From assembly GCF_036321535.1 (NCBI RefSeq), contig NC_087437.1, positions 40,612,001 to 40,676,000 of the forward strand: DNA of 64,000 bases. Reading direction: 5' to 3'. The position numbers and the translations under genes are program-made. The stretch comes from Camelus dromedarius (lineage: Eukaryota). This document shows positions 52,917 to 64,000 of the stretch, piece by piece; position 1 is the stretch's first letter, and the number at the start of each line of letters is the position of its first letter. A model generated the notes under the pieces. That model was given only the letters and a program-made list of their open reading frames with translations, made no database searches and was not told the origin of the DNA.

Positions 52917-55729
52917 GCAGTAAGCCTCAGTGAGCAGAGCCCAGTGATGAGAGTGCCTCATTAGTGAGGCTCCTGGTGGCTGATTCTTGGGCCCCAGGTG
53001 GTGCTCCTGGTTCCCCAGGCCCTGGGGTGGGAGGGATGCAGTGGGTTCTGATGTAGAAGTGCTGAGGCCTCAAGTGGACCAGCAAGGCCTGGAGTCCATA
53101 TGGGAAGCATCAAGGAATTCTTGATGGAGTTAAAAGGAATTCTTCTTGAGTTAAAAGCCAGGCCTATGGCCTTTGGAAGTGAATGTCACCATGGGCACAA
53201 CCTTCTTCAGTGGTCACCTGTCCATGGAGCCATCCAATGGCCATTCTGCAGCAGTATCCATTAAGAGTCCAGAGCACCCTGGTTTTCATGGGCAGGCCCC
53301 CCTCCCCAGCAGGAGCTCATATAGGTTCTGTTCCCAGATGCCATTTTGGAGAGAAGCAAGGGGGAGGGGAGGAAATCCCAAAGACAGAGGATTTATCCCA
53401 AAGAGATCTGATCACCTAAAAAGAGACCAAACTGGAAGACAACTGTGATTCCACAAATGAACACATTCAAAGTTTGTTTTTCTCTCCCTTGCTACTCATG
53501 TGGGTGGACCTTTGCAAAGGAGATCGAAGAGTTGTAGGAAATAAAGACATGGCAGGTTCTTCGCATTTCACTTGGTGTGGAAAATATGTAACGCTGATAT
53601 GCCCCTCTGCCTTTTCTCCAGGTGCCTTCAAAAAGTAAAATAAATTAATGCTACTGTCATTAATTGGGTTTGAGACTACAGGCAGGTAATTTCCTGCCAC
53701 TTGTCCATAAAATGAATGCAGGCAATGAGTTGAATTTTCTGTGGTGCTGAGGGTGAAGCGGTGTGCGGCTGTGACTAGGTGTCTGTACTGGGATGGGGTA
53801 ATTTCACAAGGCAGTGTAGTCAGCAGGGTTCCAGGTAGAGTCCTGTACCTCGTTAGAAGGAAAACAGTGAGAGGGAGATAGAACCACTTCCTGGTCTCCC
53901 AAGAGTCTGTTAAAATGGAACTTTCAGTTTCTTCATGGACATAAAGTGAATTTAAAAAGGTAAGATGGCACTGACTTTCTTCAAGTTTAAATTTTAATAG
54001 TCCATTAGCTGTAATTTTTAAAATATTTTTATTCTGAAAACGAATTTTCCACAATAATGCCGTTAGTTCAAAAAAATGAGCTCATTTATCTGGCTTTTCT
54101 ACAAAGGATAATTGAAACATTTAAGGCAAGATTCACTTATTCATCTCCATTTTAGAATGGAAAGAAAGTAGCAGACTTCAGGTACTGGTTAAGGTTAACA
54201 AAATACGGGAAAGCTCCTTTTCTTTTTTTCCTTCTGGTCATTTCCTGTGTAAGAGCTTTACATTACTATGGATGTTTTATATTAAGACACTTTTGTTTCT
54301 GACTTGCTTTATAAACCCACTTTAAAATTTAAAGGCACACAATAAAGCTTTATGCATTTATTAAAATATACACATTTTGGTAAATTTTCCCTTAGTTTCT
54401 TGATAAATCAATATATTATCAACACCACAGTCATTTAAAAATAAAACACACTTTATAACATATCTGCATATTATTTCTTTCTTCATGACACTACACACCC
54501 CATTGTACAGTGCACCAATGGGAATTAGAAACCACAAGACAAACAAACTTTAACAAATACAGCAAGTTCATACCAGGAAAAAAAAAAAAAAAAAAGCAGA
54601 GAACACCACCAGAAATTACCATCTGCAAAAAGCAAGTTGTACTTCTCAAGGACCAAACAAAAGTGAAACAAGTTAGTAAAATTTACAAGCTGTATTTATA
54701 ACTTTGGATATGAATTAAACAGTAACGTTTCCTTTCCACAGTGAGAAAAGCTAGAACGTGAGTCCTGTTGTAGATGGTGTGACTACATGGGATGAGGACT
54801 GTAGCTGCTCTTTAAAAGACCTGCAGCCCCTTCTACCAGCCCAGACGGTTGAGGTATTTATGCGCCATTGGAGCATTAACTGTGCCTTTGCTTTGGAAAG
54901 TGAGGGATTCTAGGGTAGATTCTAGCCTTCGGAGTGTTAAGGTGAGTGTGGGAAACAAAGCATCGGCAACCGTCAAGATCAATCAATAGGAGATGTGCAA
55001 GGAACAGCCTCCTCACCCCAATATTGGAATATCACAGTTCTTCCTAGTCTGCACTTCCACAATTCCCTTTGGCCAGTCATCAATGCCAATGTCAGGAAAA
55101 CAGGAAAGAAAAGAAAAGAAAAGAAAAAAGCACAGAGGGAGTCCCTAACAAAAAAATGCAGGCTGCCTGTCTCCTAGTTCTAATATAAAGCCATTTTCTT
55201 TCCTTATTATACCAAAATGCACGCAGTGTTCTTGTACAGTAGGAAATTACAGTTACACGCTTTCGGAAGACTTTAAGCCCAAAGCTGTCTTTGTGAAAGC
55301 CCTGTGTGAATTTTGTAACTCCATGCACAAAGCATGCGGTTTAATGATTTCTAATACTATTTTAGTTGATACTACAAAATATACGTTCACTTTTGATGGG
55401 CTTCACAATTTCCGCTAATCCCTTTCGGGCCTTAAATCCTAAAAAACAAAAACAAAAGCAAAGCAAGCAAACAAACGAAAACCCCAAACATTTTCTTAGA
55501 GAAGTAGTTTTGGCAAAAGGCAAGTGCCTAGGTATTTCAGAACGATGCCTGAGTCACTGAAGCCGGGCAAGATGACGAAAGCGTTTTGGAAACGAGGTTG
55601 CTCCTCAGGGTGAAAAATATTACAACAGCCGCACTTCTAAAAGCTTAGTGAAAACAGAAGTAGACACAGGAATACCAGTTTTGTACACGAAAGGAGCTTT
55701 TTGCTACTCATCACCGTTGAAAAATGGAA

Positions 55730-56190
55730 AGTAAACGCCCGGGTGAAACAGCATCCACCCGGGGTCCCGCGGGCGGCGGCCTGGTGGGGGGGGGGTGCTG
55801 CTTCTGCGCCTGCGCGCTGTTTAATGATTGGCTCTGGGACGGCCGCGCCCCCACGGGGGCCAGTTGGCGCCTCGCTCTCTCTGAGGGACCCCAGAGGGCC
55901 CTGTGGACAAGCGTGTCCTCCGCGTCAGGGAGGCGTCTGCACGCAGGAGAAACCGGGCCTGCGCGAAAATTCTGGCTAGGAAACTCCTCCTTGACAAGTC
56001 GAGCTCTAAACGGCATGAAAACGGAGTGCGAGTTCCATGAGGCGAATTTGGAGCATGTGTTTCCTTTGCTCTGCCCTCCCCGCCAGCGTAAGAAATGAAG
56101 GCAGTGCTCCCAGACCCAAGGGCCGCAACCCAGGAGTGGACTGTTAACCGCTGCCCGGACTCGGTGAGTTGACCCTAGCCGTGGCTTCAG
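55730..56190. promoter_or_regulatory. CpG-rich island inside the presumed SLC7A14 3' UTR
   Basis: Dense CpGs in AT-rich surroundings, with NRF1-like, CCAAT and E2F motifs. Confidence 0.7.
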
Positions 56191-58430
56191 ACACATTTCC
56201 TGATCTCTGACATCTCCACCCAACAAGACGTTCTAATCTGAAATACAGAATTGGTAAACCTGTGGCTGACCCTCAGTGGGCTTCCACTGACATCTTGGTC
56301 CTGGTAAAAGCTGGTGGAAAAGGGGACAGCAATTTCCTCCAGTGTTTTAGGCTGATCCTCAGTCTCTTGTAGCTTCTCTGTAACGCGGAGAAGAGGTCTA
56401 CCTTTGTAAGGTGGACTTCCAAGTGGGATGTAAAGGAGGACAACTTTATCAACCCTTTTCAGGAGAATAAGGGAAAGACATTTCTTTGAAGGAGTTTGTA
56501 TTCTGTTTCCCAGTAATTAGTGGGTTTGTATCCTGACCCATCCACAGGTTCTAGAGAAGGATGGATCATTAAATTCAACAATTTTTTTCCTGTTTATTAA
56601 ACAGGCTCATCATGAGCGTTATGTGGACATTTGGTTAGATACTTGTTTGTTACTAAGAACTAGAACTTCACCTAATTTTGTCATTCAATTCCTTTCACTA
56701 GTTTTAAATGGGTTTGCACTTAAGTTGAGTAAACCTTGGAGCTGAGGTTTTACTGTTTACATCAGATAGATATAAACTGTTGTTAGGTTTGGTTGTTTAA
56801 ACTAACTGCTGAAAATTTTAAAGGGGCTGCGAATAAGTGTGTGTCATCTGTCCACGTGTTAAATGACCATACTTCTCGTATGTTATTGATGAAATCAGAC
56901 AGGACTCAAAGGAAGAATCATACATTGCTTTGATATGGACAATTTTTTCCCCCTTTAATACATTAAGTCTGCTTTGAGTGTGTATGTGATTGACTTCCTC
57001 CTTGCCTTTGGCAGATGAAGCCACTGCCCCAGCTTAAAGTCCAGCCTTCCCTGATTCATACTTTCATTTCCTCAATGCCTCCCCACCCAAGGAGAGCCAG
57101 CCAGTTTACTTCAACATTCACATCTACCTGTGTGTGAGCCCTGACCTGCTTTCTCAGCAATATTGGCTGTAGTTCTATATATAAATCACTTTGTCAGATG
57201 AGCACTCCTGTCAGATGAGCTTCTTGTTTTCCCTTGAAGGAGGCACTGTACAAATTGTTAGTCAGAAGACAGCTATCAGCCACAGCCTACATTTTACTCA
57301 TGCTAATCTTCCCCTTGGCAAGCCTCTCCCTCATTTCTACCTGGAGAAATTCTGCCTGTTCCACAAGGCTCAACACAAGGGCTGCATTCTCTATAATCTT
57401 TCCAGTGGAGGGAGGTCTTTTCCATATTTGAACACCACCCCCACCATGATAACTCCCTCAGCTCGCCTGTCACTTTCACTATTGTTCTTTATTTACGTAT
57501 CCTATTTCCCCTATTTCTTATGCCACAGCACATAAGCTCTGCACAAAAAGATTGTTAAATAAATATTTCATTTTCCTTTCATCCATCCACCTGTGCATCC
57601 CATCTGATCATCAGATACTTACTGAACTTCCTCTATATGCCAGTCACATGTCGTTGGTAAAATCTAGCTCTGAAGCTTATCTGTGGGTTTCAACGATCTA
57701 TGCTATTGCAGTTCTCTGCCCTCATGGGGAACGACTTGTTTTTATCATGCAGGAATACTTCTTGCTGTCATTACCAACAATTCCTTATTTTTTAAGTTGC
57801 CCCCTCATTGGCAAATTTAGCAATGCATAGCAGGGATCTGCATTTGTACACTAAATACACTCCTAGCTTTGTCTTAGCCTTTCTATTTATATTTTTATTT
57901 GTCCCAGTTTCCTCACTGAATTCTTTTGTATTATATATATTTTGATAGCCACCTCACATCCTCTTGAAATGAAACAGGGTACTAATAAATAGAATACAGT
58001 TTTAAAAAATCAAGTTATTGGCTCCAAACCACAAATCCGCATGATGAAATCTCGCTGAAAGAGCCCTTGCTATAGAGAATTCAATAAAATATAGGTCTTC
58101 CTTGGACTCTGTTCAAGGGGCTAAGTTTCTGAGGTAATTGTAGGGTGATCTTTCTTTTAACATAGTCCCACAAATGTGGTCTTAAGACAATTAATTAGGA
58201 AACATTAATATAATCATTCTAGTGACGAATGGTATTTGAAAACTGCATTGTGAAATCTGGGACTGTTTCACAGAGGCTGATAAATGTGAGGGAAAAACAT
58301 ATCTATTTATCTTGAAAAACTTTTTCTATCATATTAGCTAATTAAAAAACATTCAGGTCATTGGTGAGTGAGATGACTAATTTACTTTAGGGCAATAAAG
58401 AGAGCAAAGCTTAAAAAATATAGAGATGCT

Positions 58431-58577
58431 GGGGAGTACGTAGCTTAAATGATAGAGCGCATGCTTAACTTGCATGAGGTCCTGGGTTCAATTCCAGTAC
58501 CTCCTCTGAAAAAAATAAATAAGTAAACCTAATTACCTCCCTTCCAAAAATAAAATAAAATAAAACTAAGTTATTTT
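58431..58577 (+). mobile_element. tRNA-Ala-derived SINE (Vic-1-like) in the SLC7A14 3' UTR, antisense to the mRNA
   Basis: ggggagtacgtagcttaaatgatagagcgcatgc...gaggtcctgggttcaattccagtacctcc; perfect 17-bp TSD aaaaatatagagatgct at 58414-58430 and 58578-58594. Confidence 0.92.
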
Positions 58578-60840
58578 AAAAATATAGAGATGCTATTTGA
58601 GAGAAATGACTCCAAAAATGAGAGTAGTTAGTAGAGAGGATCTTCATGAAATTAATACCAGTAGGGTTAACCAAAGCATGTGTTCTCTCTTCTTGGGCTA
58701 CAGAAACCGCATACCTCTCCCACCAGACAATTGTTACTCTAATACCTGCACCTCACTAGTGAAAGGAAGCTCTTTCACTCACGTTAAGATTTTGTTATTT
58801 TGCATTCATCTTTCCCTTTGAACACTTTTAATGAATATAGCCCCACCCCATCTATCTGAATGTATCTCAAGTTTAACAGATTGTATTTAAACTAGGCAGA
58901 TTTGTAGAGTCCTAAGACCAGTTCAGAACTTTGTTTTTACAAAAATTGCTGATAACTAATTCAGTCCCCAAGAATATATTTCACACACCAGGCGCTGTAT
59001 CTTTATGGTTAAGTTTAGGGAAGAGAAAACACGCCATTGCCAAGCATTACATTAAAATGACAAAATGACCTCAGGAAACCAGAGTTCTTAACAGCTGATA
59101 CAGTGGAAGGCTTGGTTGTTTTATCTACATTCAACATCGTGGGGCTGTGAGCCTCCAGGGTTTAAATGTTACATTTCTTTTTATTCGCATCACTTAGGAC
59201 TTGGTACATTCTTGATCAGTGTTAGTTTCATAAAAAAAAGTTTGCCTCCTCTATAATTCCAAAGCATGCCAAGATGGTACAAACTTCAACCTTTAAGAAA
59301 GAATAGACTTAAACATTAGTTGATCTCCTGGAAAATTTTTCGGATAATGCTAGATCCAGTAGACAGAGAGAGCAAAGATTCTGCTATTTTGATCCCCTTT
59401 TAGGAAATTCTCATAAATATTTTAGCTTGATCCAAATTGTTCCTTCACATACATGCGTACACATCTCAGGGCAGTGTTGGAATCCCTGTAACCGAAGACT
59501 ATAATGCACAGACCATATGTTTTTTCTTGTTGCAGATTTTCTCTTCTGACTTGTTTCTGAGAAAATACGTGTAGGTATTTGGCCCAAATTTAGACCTTAC
59601 CAGGTAGATTTTTCTCTGGATTTCAGTGAAACTGCTCTGGGAAATAGTAGGAAAGATACATGTCTAAAAGAGAGCTACTCCAGGGAAACAAAGTTCAGAA
59701 GTGAAATGCGATCTCATGGAATGCAATTACCTAAGTAGCTGTGCTTCAACAGTTTTGTTTTCAGAGTAGCACCCACCTATCAAGTGGTTGCTTTATCTCA
59801 AAAAAAATACAGAATGTATAATTTTAGAAATCTGCAATAGAATTTGCAATGTGATCTCAGTGGCTGGGTCACTTCTCCTTGTAAAATTTTATATCTGATC
59901 ATAGAACAAACAGCCTACTTCTTCAAGGCATATTAGTGCCATGAAATCGTGCTCCCACTTTGCCCTCTTCATCGTATCAGCAGGAGCTTAGAGTCTGGGA
60001 TAAGAGAAGGCATGACAGAGCGTTAATTTCTGCCAGTGCCCTTCTGGTCTTCACTGTAAGAGATGGTTATTTAGTTTTTTTCTGGGCATTTAGGTAGAGC
60101 TTTGATGGTGCTTCTTACCATATTATTGGGTCTGCATGACTGCTTTACAGTGAGTCTGAAATCTTTAGGGTCCTGGTCTCAGAGTCCCTGACCTTTGCCA
60201 CATCCTAAAGTTCTGGTTTGGAGACCTGTGAGAACCTTGGCGCATAAAAAGAAGTATGCATCTCATTTAATTTGTTTTTGTGAGATTTCAGGACAAAATG
60301 TTGCCTGCTGAGCTGAGGAAGTGCCAAATGCCACCTGACTTTGGGGAATGACTCTCAGCCTAGCATGCTGAGAATAGAGCTGTGCCCTCATGGTCTCAGG
60401 TGGTTGAAATGCTGCCTTGTGCCCACCCCCCCCCCCACCTGCTTCGGCACATCTCCAGGAGGAGCTGCAGCCTCAGTGTGGCCCAAGACCCTGCTTCTTG
60501 GGGTCATAGTAAGAAGTCAAAAAGATTCAACCAGCAAAGCAAAGGCCTGGGAAACATTTGCTGCCATCAGCTCTGATGGTTGCACCTAAGATAGAATTTC
60601 TTGTAGCTTCTTGTTTAATTTTTTTTTAACAAGGGGACCAGTACGGGACCCTGGTTAAACCCTTCGACAGAGCTATCCTGAAGAGCAGAGGTGGCAAATG
60701 ACAGGCTATGACTGGGGACTAACTTTGGGGAAGGCTGGATTTTTGAAATGAGAGCCCAAGAAGTTTCCACCTTCTAGCCCCAGGTTAAGTTACTAAAAAT
60801 AAATCACCATCATTTCTACACATTTCTTGCATGTTCACTC

Positions 60841-61163
60841 CTACTCTGGAGAGTAATCTAACTCATCGTTTGCAATCAGGGCCTCTGAGTTCTGTTTGTG
60901 TTTGCTTTTGCTCTTCGCTTTGCTACTTGTCCGGGTGTTTGCCTGCGCATCTGACATTTGCTGGTAATAGAAGCCTTTGTCTTCCGCTGGCCCGCCCCAG
61001 TTCTCCTGGCTCTCGCCCTCTGTGGCGTAGGAGAAACCCTCCTCCACCGAGAAGGGGTCGTCCACGTCGTAGCGCTGGTACGTGCTTTGGTGCAGGGCTG
61101 CTTCTCGGGCGCTGATTTCCAGGGTGCTGTTCCAGATGCCGTATCCAAAATAAATGAGCATAC
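60841..61163 (-). CDS. SLC7A14: SLC7A14 last coding exon, 323 bp
   Basis: Minus-strand acceptor cctccctcgctgcAG|GTATG; GMLIYFGYGIWNSTLEISARE...ALIANDELDYSPE*; the IYFGYG motif is typical of the cationic amino acid transporter C-terminal domain; synteny with CLDN11 and SKIL. Confidence 0.96.
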
Positions 61164-64000
61164 CTGCAGCGAGGGAGGGGGAGGCACAGGTGAATAAGCA
61201 GTTGCTTTGGGATCCATGGGACAAGCAGGGAGATCACTCTTGATGGTGAATGCAGAGCTGGTGGTGGATGTGTTTTCTTTGGTCTACAGTGTTTTGAAAA
61301 GACTCAAATTAGATGCCATTTAAAAATTGGGAGATCTTGCGTTAAGCAACCCATATTTACAGCTTCCCCTAAAAAAGTCAGAAGGTCTGACAACACTGCA
61401 CCCACATTCCTATCTGGAGACTTTTGGCTGGAGGTGAGAACTGGCTGCCTCTTTAGACAGGATATGGGCTCTTGAGGTCTCTTCTGTCCCCACCTCCTAT
61501 TTGACATCCAGCTCACTATACTCACGTAGGTGCCAGACAGGAATTTGCATTTTCTACACTGGGTTAAATAGTTATGGGTCACTGACAGTGTATTCCCAAC
61601 CTTCTCATAGCATTTTATTATCCCACACCTCTACTTAGGGACTCCATCTTTTATTTCACCACTTAGAAACATGCATATATTGCCCTACAATTTACTTTGC
61701 CATTTTTTACTTACCAGTGTCATAATACATAACTGCTGTTCAGAGCTGTCCACTTTCTTTTGTGGACTTTCAGAGTGTCTAGTGCATGTTACTGTTATGG
61801 CCCTTAGAACATCTAGTGTGTGATTCTATCTTATAGACTGCAGAAAATTGGCACTTAACGTTTGTTGAATGAATGAATGAGAACTCCTGATGAGCATGAA
61901 AAGTCCAGTGCAGCCGCCTTGTTTTGATGTCATTCCCAGCAAAGGAAAGAAACCTGCCTGCCTAGTTAAATATATCGCATTAATGTAGACCAATATTCCA
62001 TTTCTATTAGAATTTTTAGGAAAAAAATGAGAATAGTTTGAGACCCCATTTTCTACCTTGAAAAGCCCATGAAGGCTCAGGGCCTGGAACACTGAGAACT
62101 CAGGGCCTCGAACACAGAACCGTAGCCTTGGAGGCCAGGAGACATGAGGGTTAAGAGTGAGCTCTGGGTTTAAATCCTGCCTCCACCTCTATGAGCTGTG
62201 TAACCCTGGACCAGCTACTGAGCCTCTTTGTGCCTCAGCTTTCTCTTCTATGAAACCATGAGAGTATTGTACCTATACCATGGGTTTGCTGTGAGGAGGA
62301 AATGAGATAAGCAGTGGTTCTCAACCTAGCTGCACCTGGAAGGTCACCTGGGAAGTTTTGGAACAATCCTGATACCTGAGCCTCCTGCCTGGAGAGTCTG
62401 ATTTAATTACTCTGCAGTGTGACCCAAACATAGGCATTTTTAAAGCTTCACAGGTGACTACAGTGGTCAGCCAAGGCTGAGAATCCCTGAGATCAGGAAC
62501 GTTAAATCTCTTGATGCATGTGCTCTACCGCCAACTCTGGCCATATTGTGGCCGGGCCCCTGGGGGCCCCTGGGTTACGCACCCTCCTTCCACGCCCCGA
62601 TGTCCTCTTGGGTGGCTCTAGTCTCTTTGACTTTGCAAACCTTGCGGGCATCTGCCGGGCTGTTCGCTTAGAACCACAAGGTGAAGCTTGCTTTCTGCTC
62701 TGGTGCTTGAGGGATCCTGCTCCCTTTTGAATGTGAAGTGTGTCTTTTTAAGCTTGGATTTCTCCCTCCTTGTCTCAAATGACTCTCTCCCCTCCCCCTT
62801 CCCCCTGTGAAATCAACTTTCCAGGAGCCAAAGTAAGCAGAGATTTATAGTTCTAATTGGTAGTAAATCCTGGAGTTAATCATTTGCAGATGTAGCTATT
62901 ACTTCTCAAATAGCAACTTCATTTTTCTGACTATAGATCTACTCTTTCTTGTCTGGGGGTGGGGAGTGGCCACAGCGCATAGTTATTATCCTTGTATAGA
63001 ACAAGGCACCAAATTAAGGTCTCTTCTAAAAGGTCCAGTATGCTGCTTCTTGGAGAATGTCTCTGTTGGAAGCACATTTGAGATCTGAGAATAAATTTCA
63101 GAAGACCAAGTTTATCATCAGGCACACACCTCCATTTGCCCAGGTTTTCTTTCTTGCTGGCTTTTCTCCTAGACATCCAGGCAGGTGCCAAAGCTTGCCT
63201 TCTCTTCCTGCTTGGTATCTATTATATCAATTCTTTCCTCTTTGATCTCCTTCTCAGACCCTATTTATAAGACTTACTTCCCTACTAAGCTTAATACCAT
63301 TTTCTTCTTTCCCCCTTGTCCCTAACTTCTCTCCTCTGTACTACACAGGTCATCATTCAAGCACTGCTTTGACGTCTGTTCTGACAAACCTTCCTCTGCC
63401 CCGACCAGGTATTGGGGTATCAGGTAGATTGATTTATGGGAATTCTCTGAGAGCCTTTGGTGTGATTATGCATAAAATAATTGCTATTTAGAGCTGGAAA
63501 AGAGCCTCTGTCATTTATCTATCTGACTACCTTCATTTTACAGAAGAAGAAATGGAAGCTGGGAAAGACTAAGTCACTTGAGTGGCTCTGAGAAGGGCAA
63601 CCCCAGCATTCCGTGTGGACAGAGGAAAGGCTCTAGCACGTCCAACCTTCCACCGCGCCCCCGCCCCGGCTGGGCCATGAACTGTGCCTAGTGCAGTAAA
63701 TATTCAGTATGAGGTTAGGTCTTATTTTTGGAGTGGCTGGGCCTGAAAGGAACACGAGTATGTGTGTGTGTGTGTGTATGTGTGTATATGTGTCTGTGCA
63801 CAAATGTGTCGACTGTGATTACTTTGGGAAAGCAGTCCATGGAAAACTGCCACATAAATATTTATGGGCGTTTTAATGTTTGCTCTGAGCCCCCTACAGT
63901 TTCAAAGGTGTGTTATTCTGTCTTCAAAAATGCATTTCAAATATGAGTGCTATGAGCCAAGGAGGAACTGTGTGCCTGCAGCCCGACAGAACGGGTCGCT

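Larger units (their letters stand above)
54340..60840 (-). other. SLC7A14: SLC7A14 3' UTR, ~6.5 kb
   Basis: Follows the stop on the minus strand; minus-strand AATAAA at 54357-54362, with alternatives at 56593-56598, 54028-54033 and TATAAA at 54308-54313. The 3' end is uncertain. Confidence 0.65.

Noticed and set aside
53467..54054. Longest ORF in the track (195 aa, minus strand)
   Set aside because: Non-ATG start, no recognisable domain, and it lies beyond the presumed SLC7A14 3' end. Most likely chance; PhyloCSF would settle it.
55701..56226. ORFs of 92-171 aa in the 3' UTR CpG island, including ATG-initiated 55724..56098
   Set aside because: Explained by GC richness; no recognisable homology; the ATG lies upstream of the promoter-like motifs.
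61164..61224. N-terminal part of ORF 60841..61224 (MSHGSQSNC...)
   Set aside because: Intron sequence upstream of the SLC7A14 acceptor. The same applies to the intronic extensions of the SKIL and CLDN11 ORFs in the track.
1..64000. CRISPR arrays, operons or other prokaryotic-style systems; a new protein-coding gene
   Set aside because: The window is intron-containing mammalian DNA with no repeat-spacer arrays, and every credible coding segment belongs to SKIL, CLDN11, SLC7A14 or transposon remnants.

Overview
Mammalian genomic DNA, most likely a camelid, judged from four copies of a tRNA-Ala-derived SINE resembling the camelid Vic-1 family. It covers the conserved SKIL - CLDN11 - SLC7A14 block: the last three coding exons and ~4.2 kb 3' UTR of SKIL/SnoN (+); the complete three-exon CLDN11 gene (+, 624-nt CDS, 207 aa) with its CpG-island promoter; and the last coding exon and ~6.5 kb 3' UTR of SLC7A14 (-), convergent with CLDN11. 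The rest is intron and intergenic DNA rich in L1, MaLR LTRs, hAT/MER elements, MIR and microsatellites. I found no convincing new protein-coding gene or new multi-gene system. The best leads are: a promoter-like CpG island inside the SLC7A14 3' UTR with an antisense splice donor; three substitutions at normally conserved CLDN11 positions, including loss of Cys105; a CTCF-like site between SKIL and CLDN11; an unexplained ~100-bp duplication in CLDN11 intron 2; and several clear retrotransposition and transposon fossils. Comparisons with human proteins and repeat consensus sequences are from memory, not database searches. Repeat boundaries are approximate unless a target-site duplication (TSD) is given.
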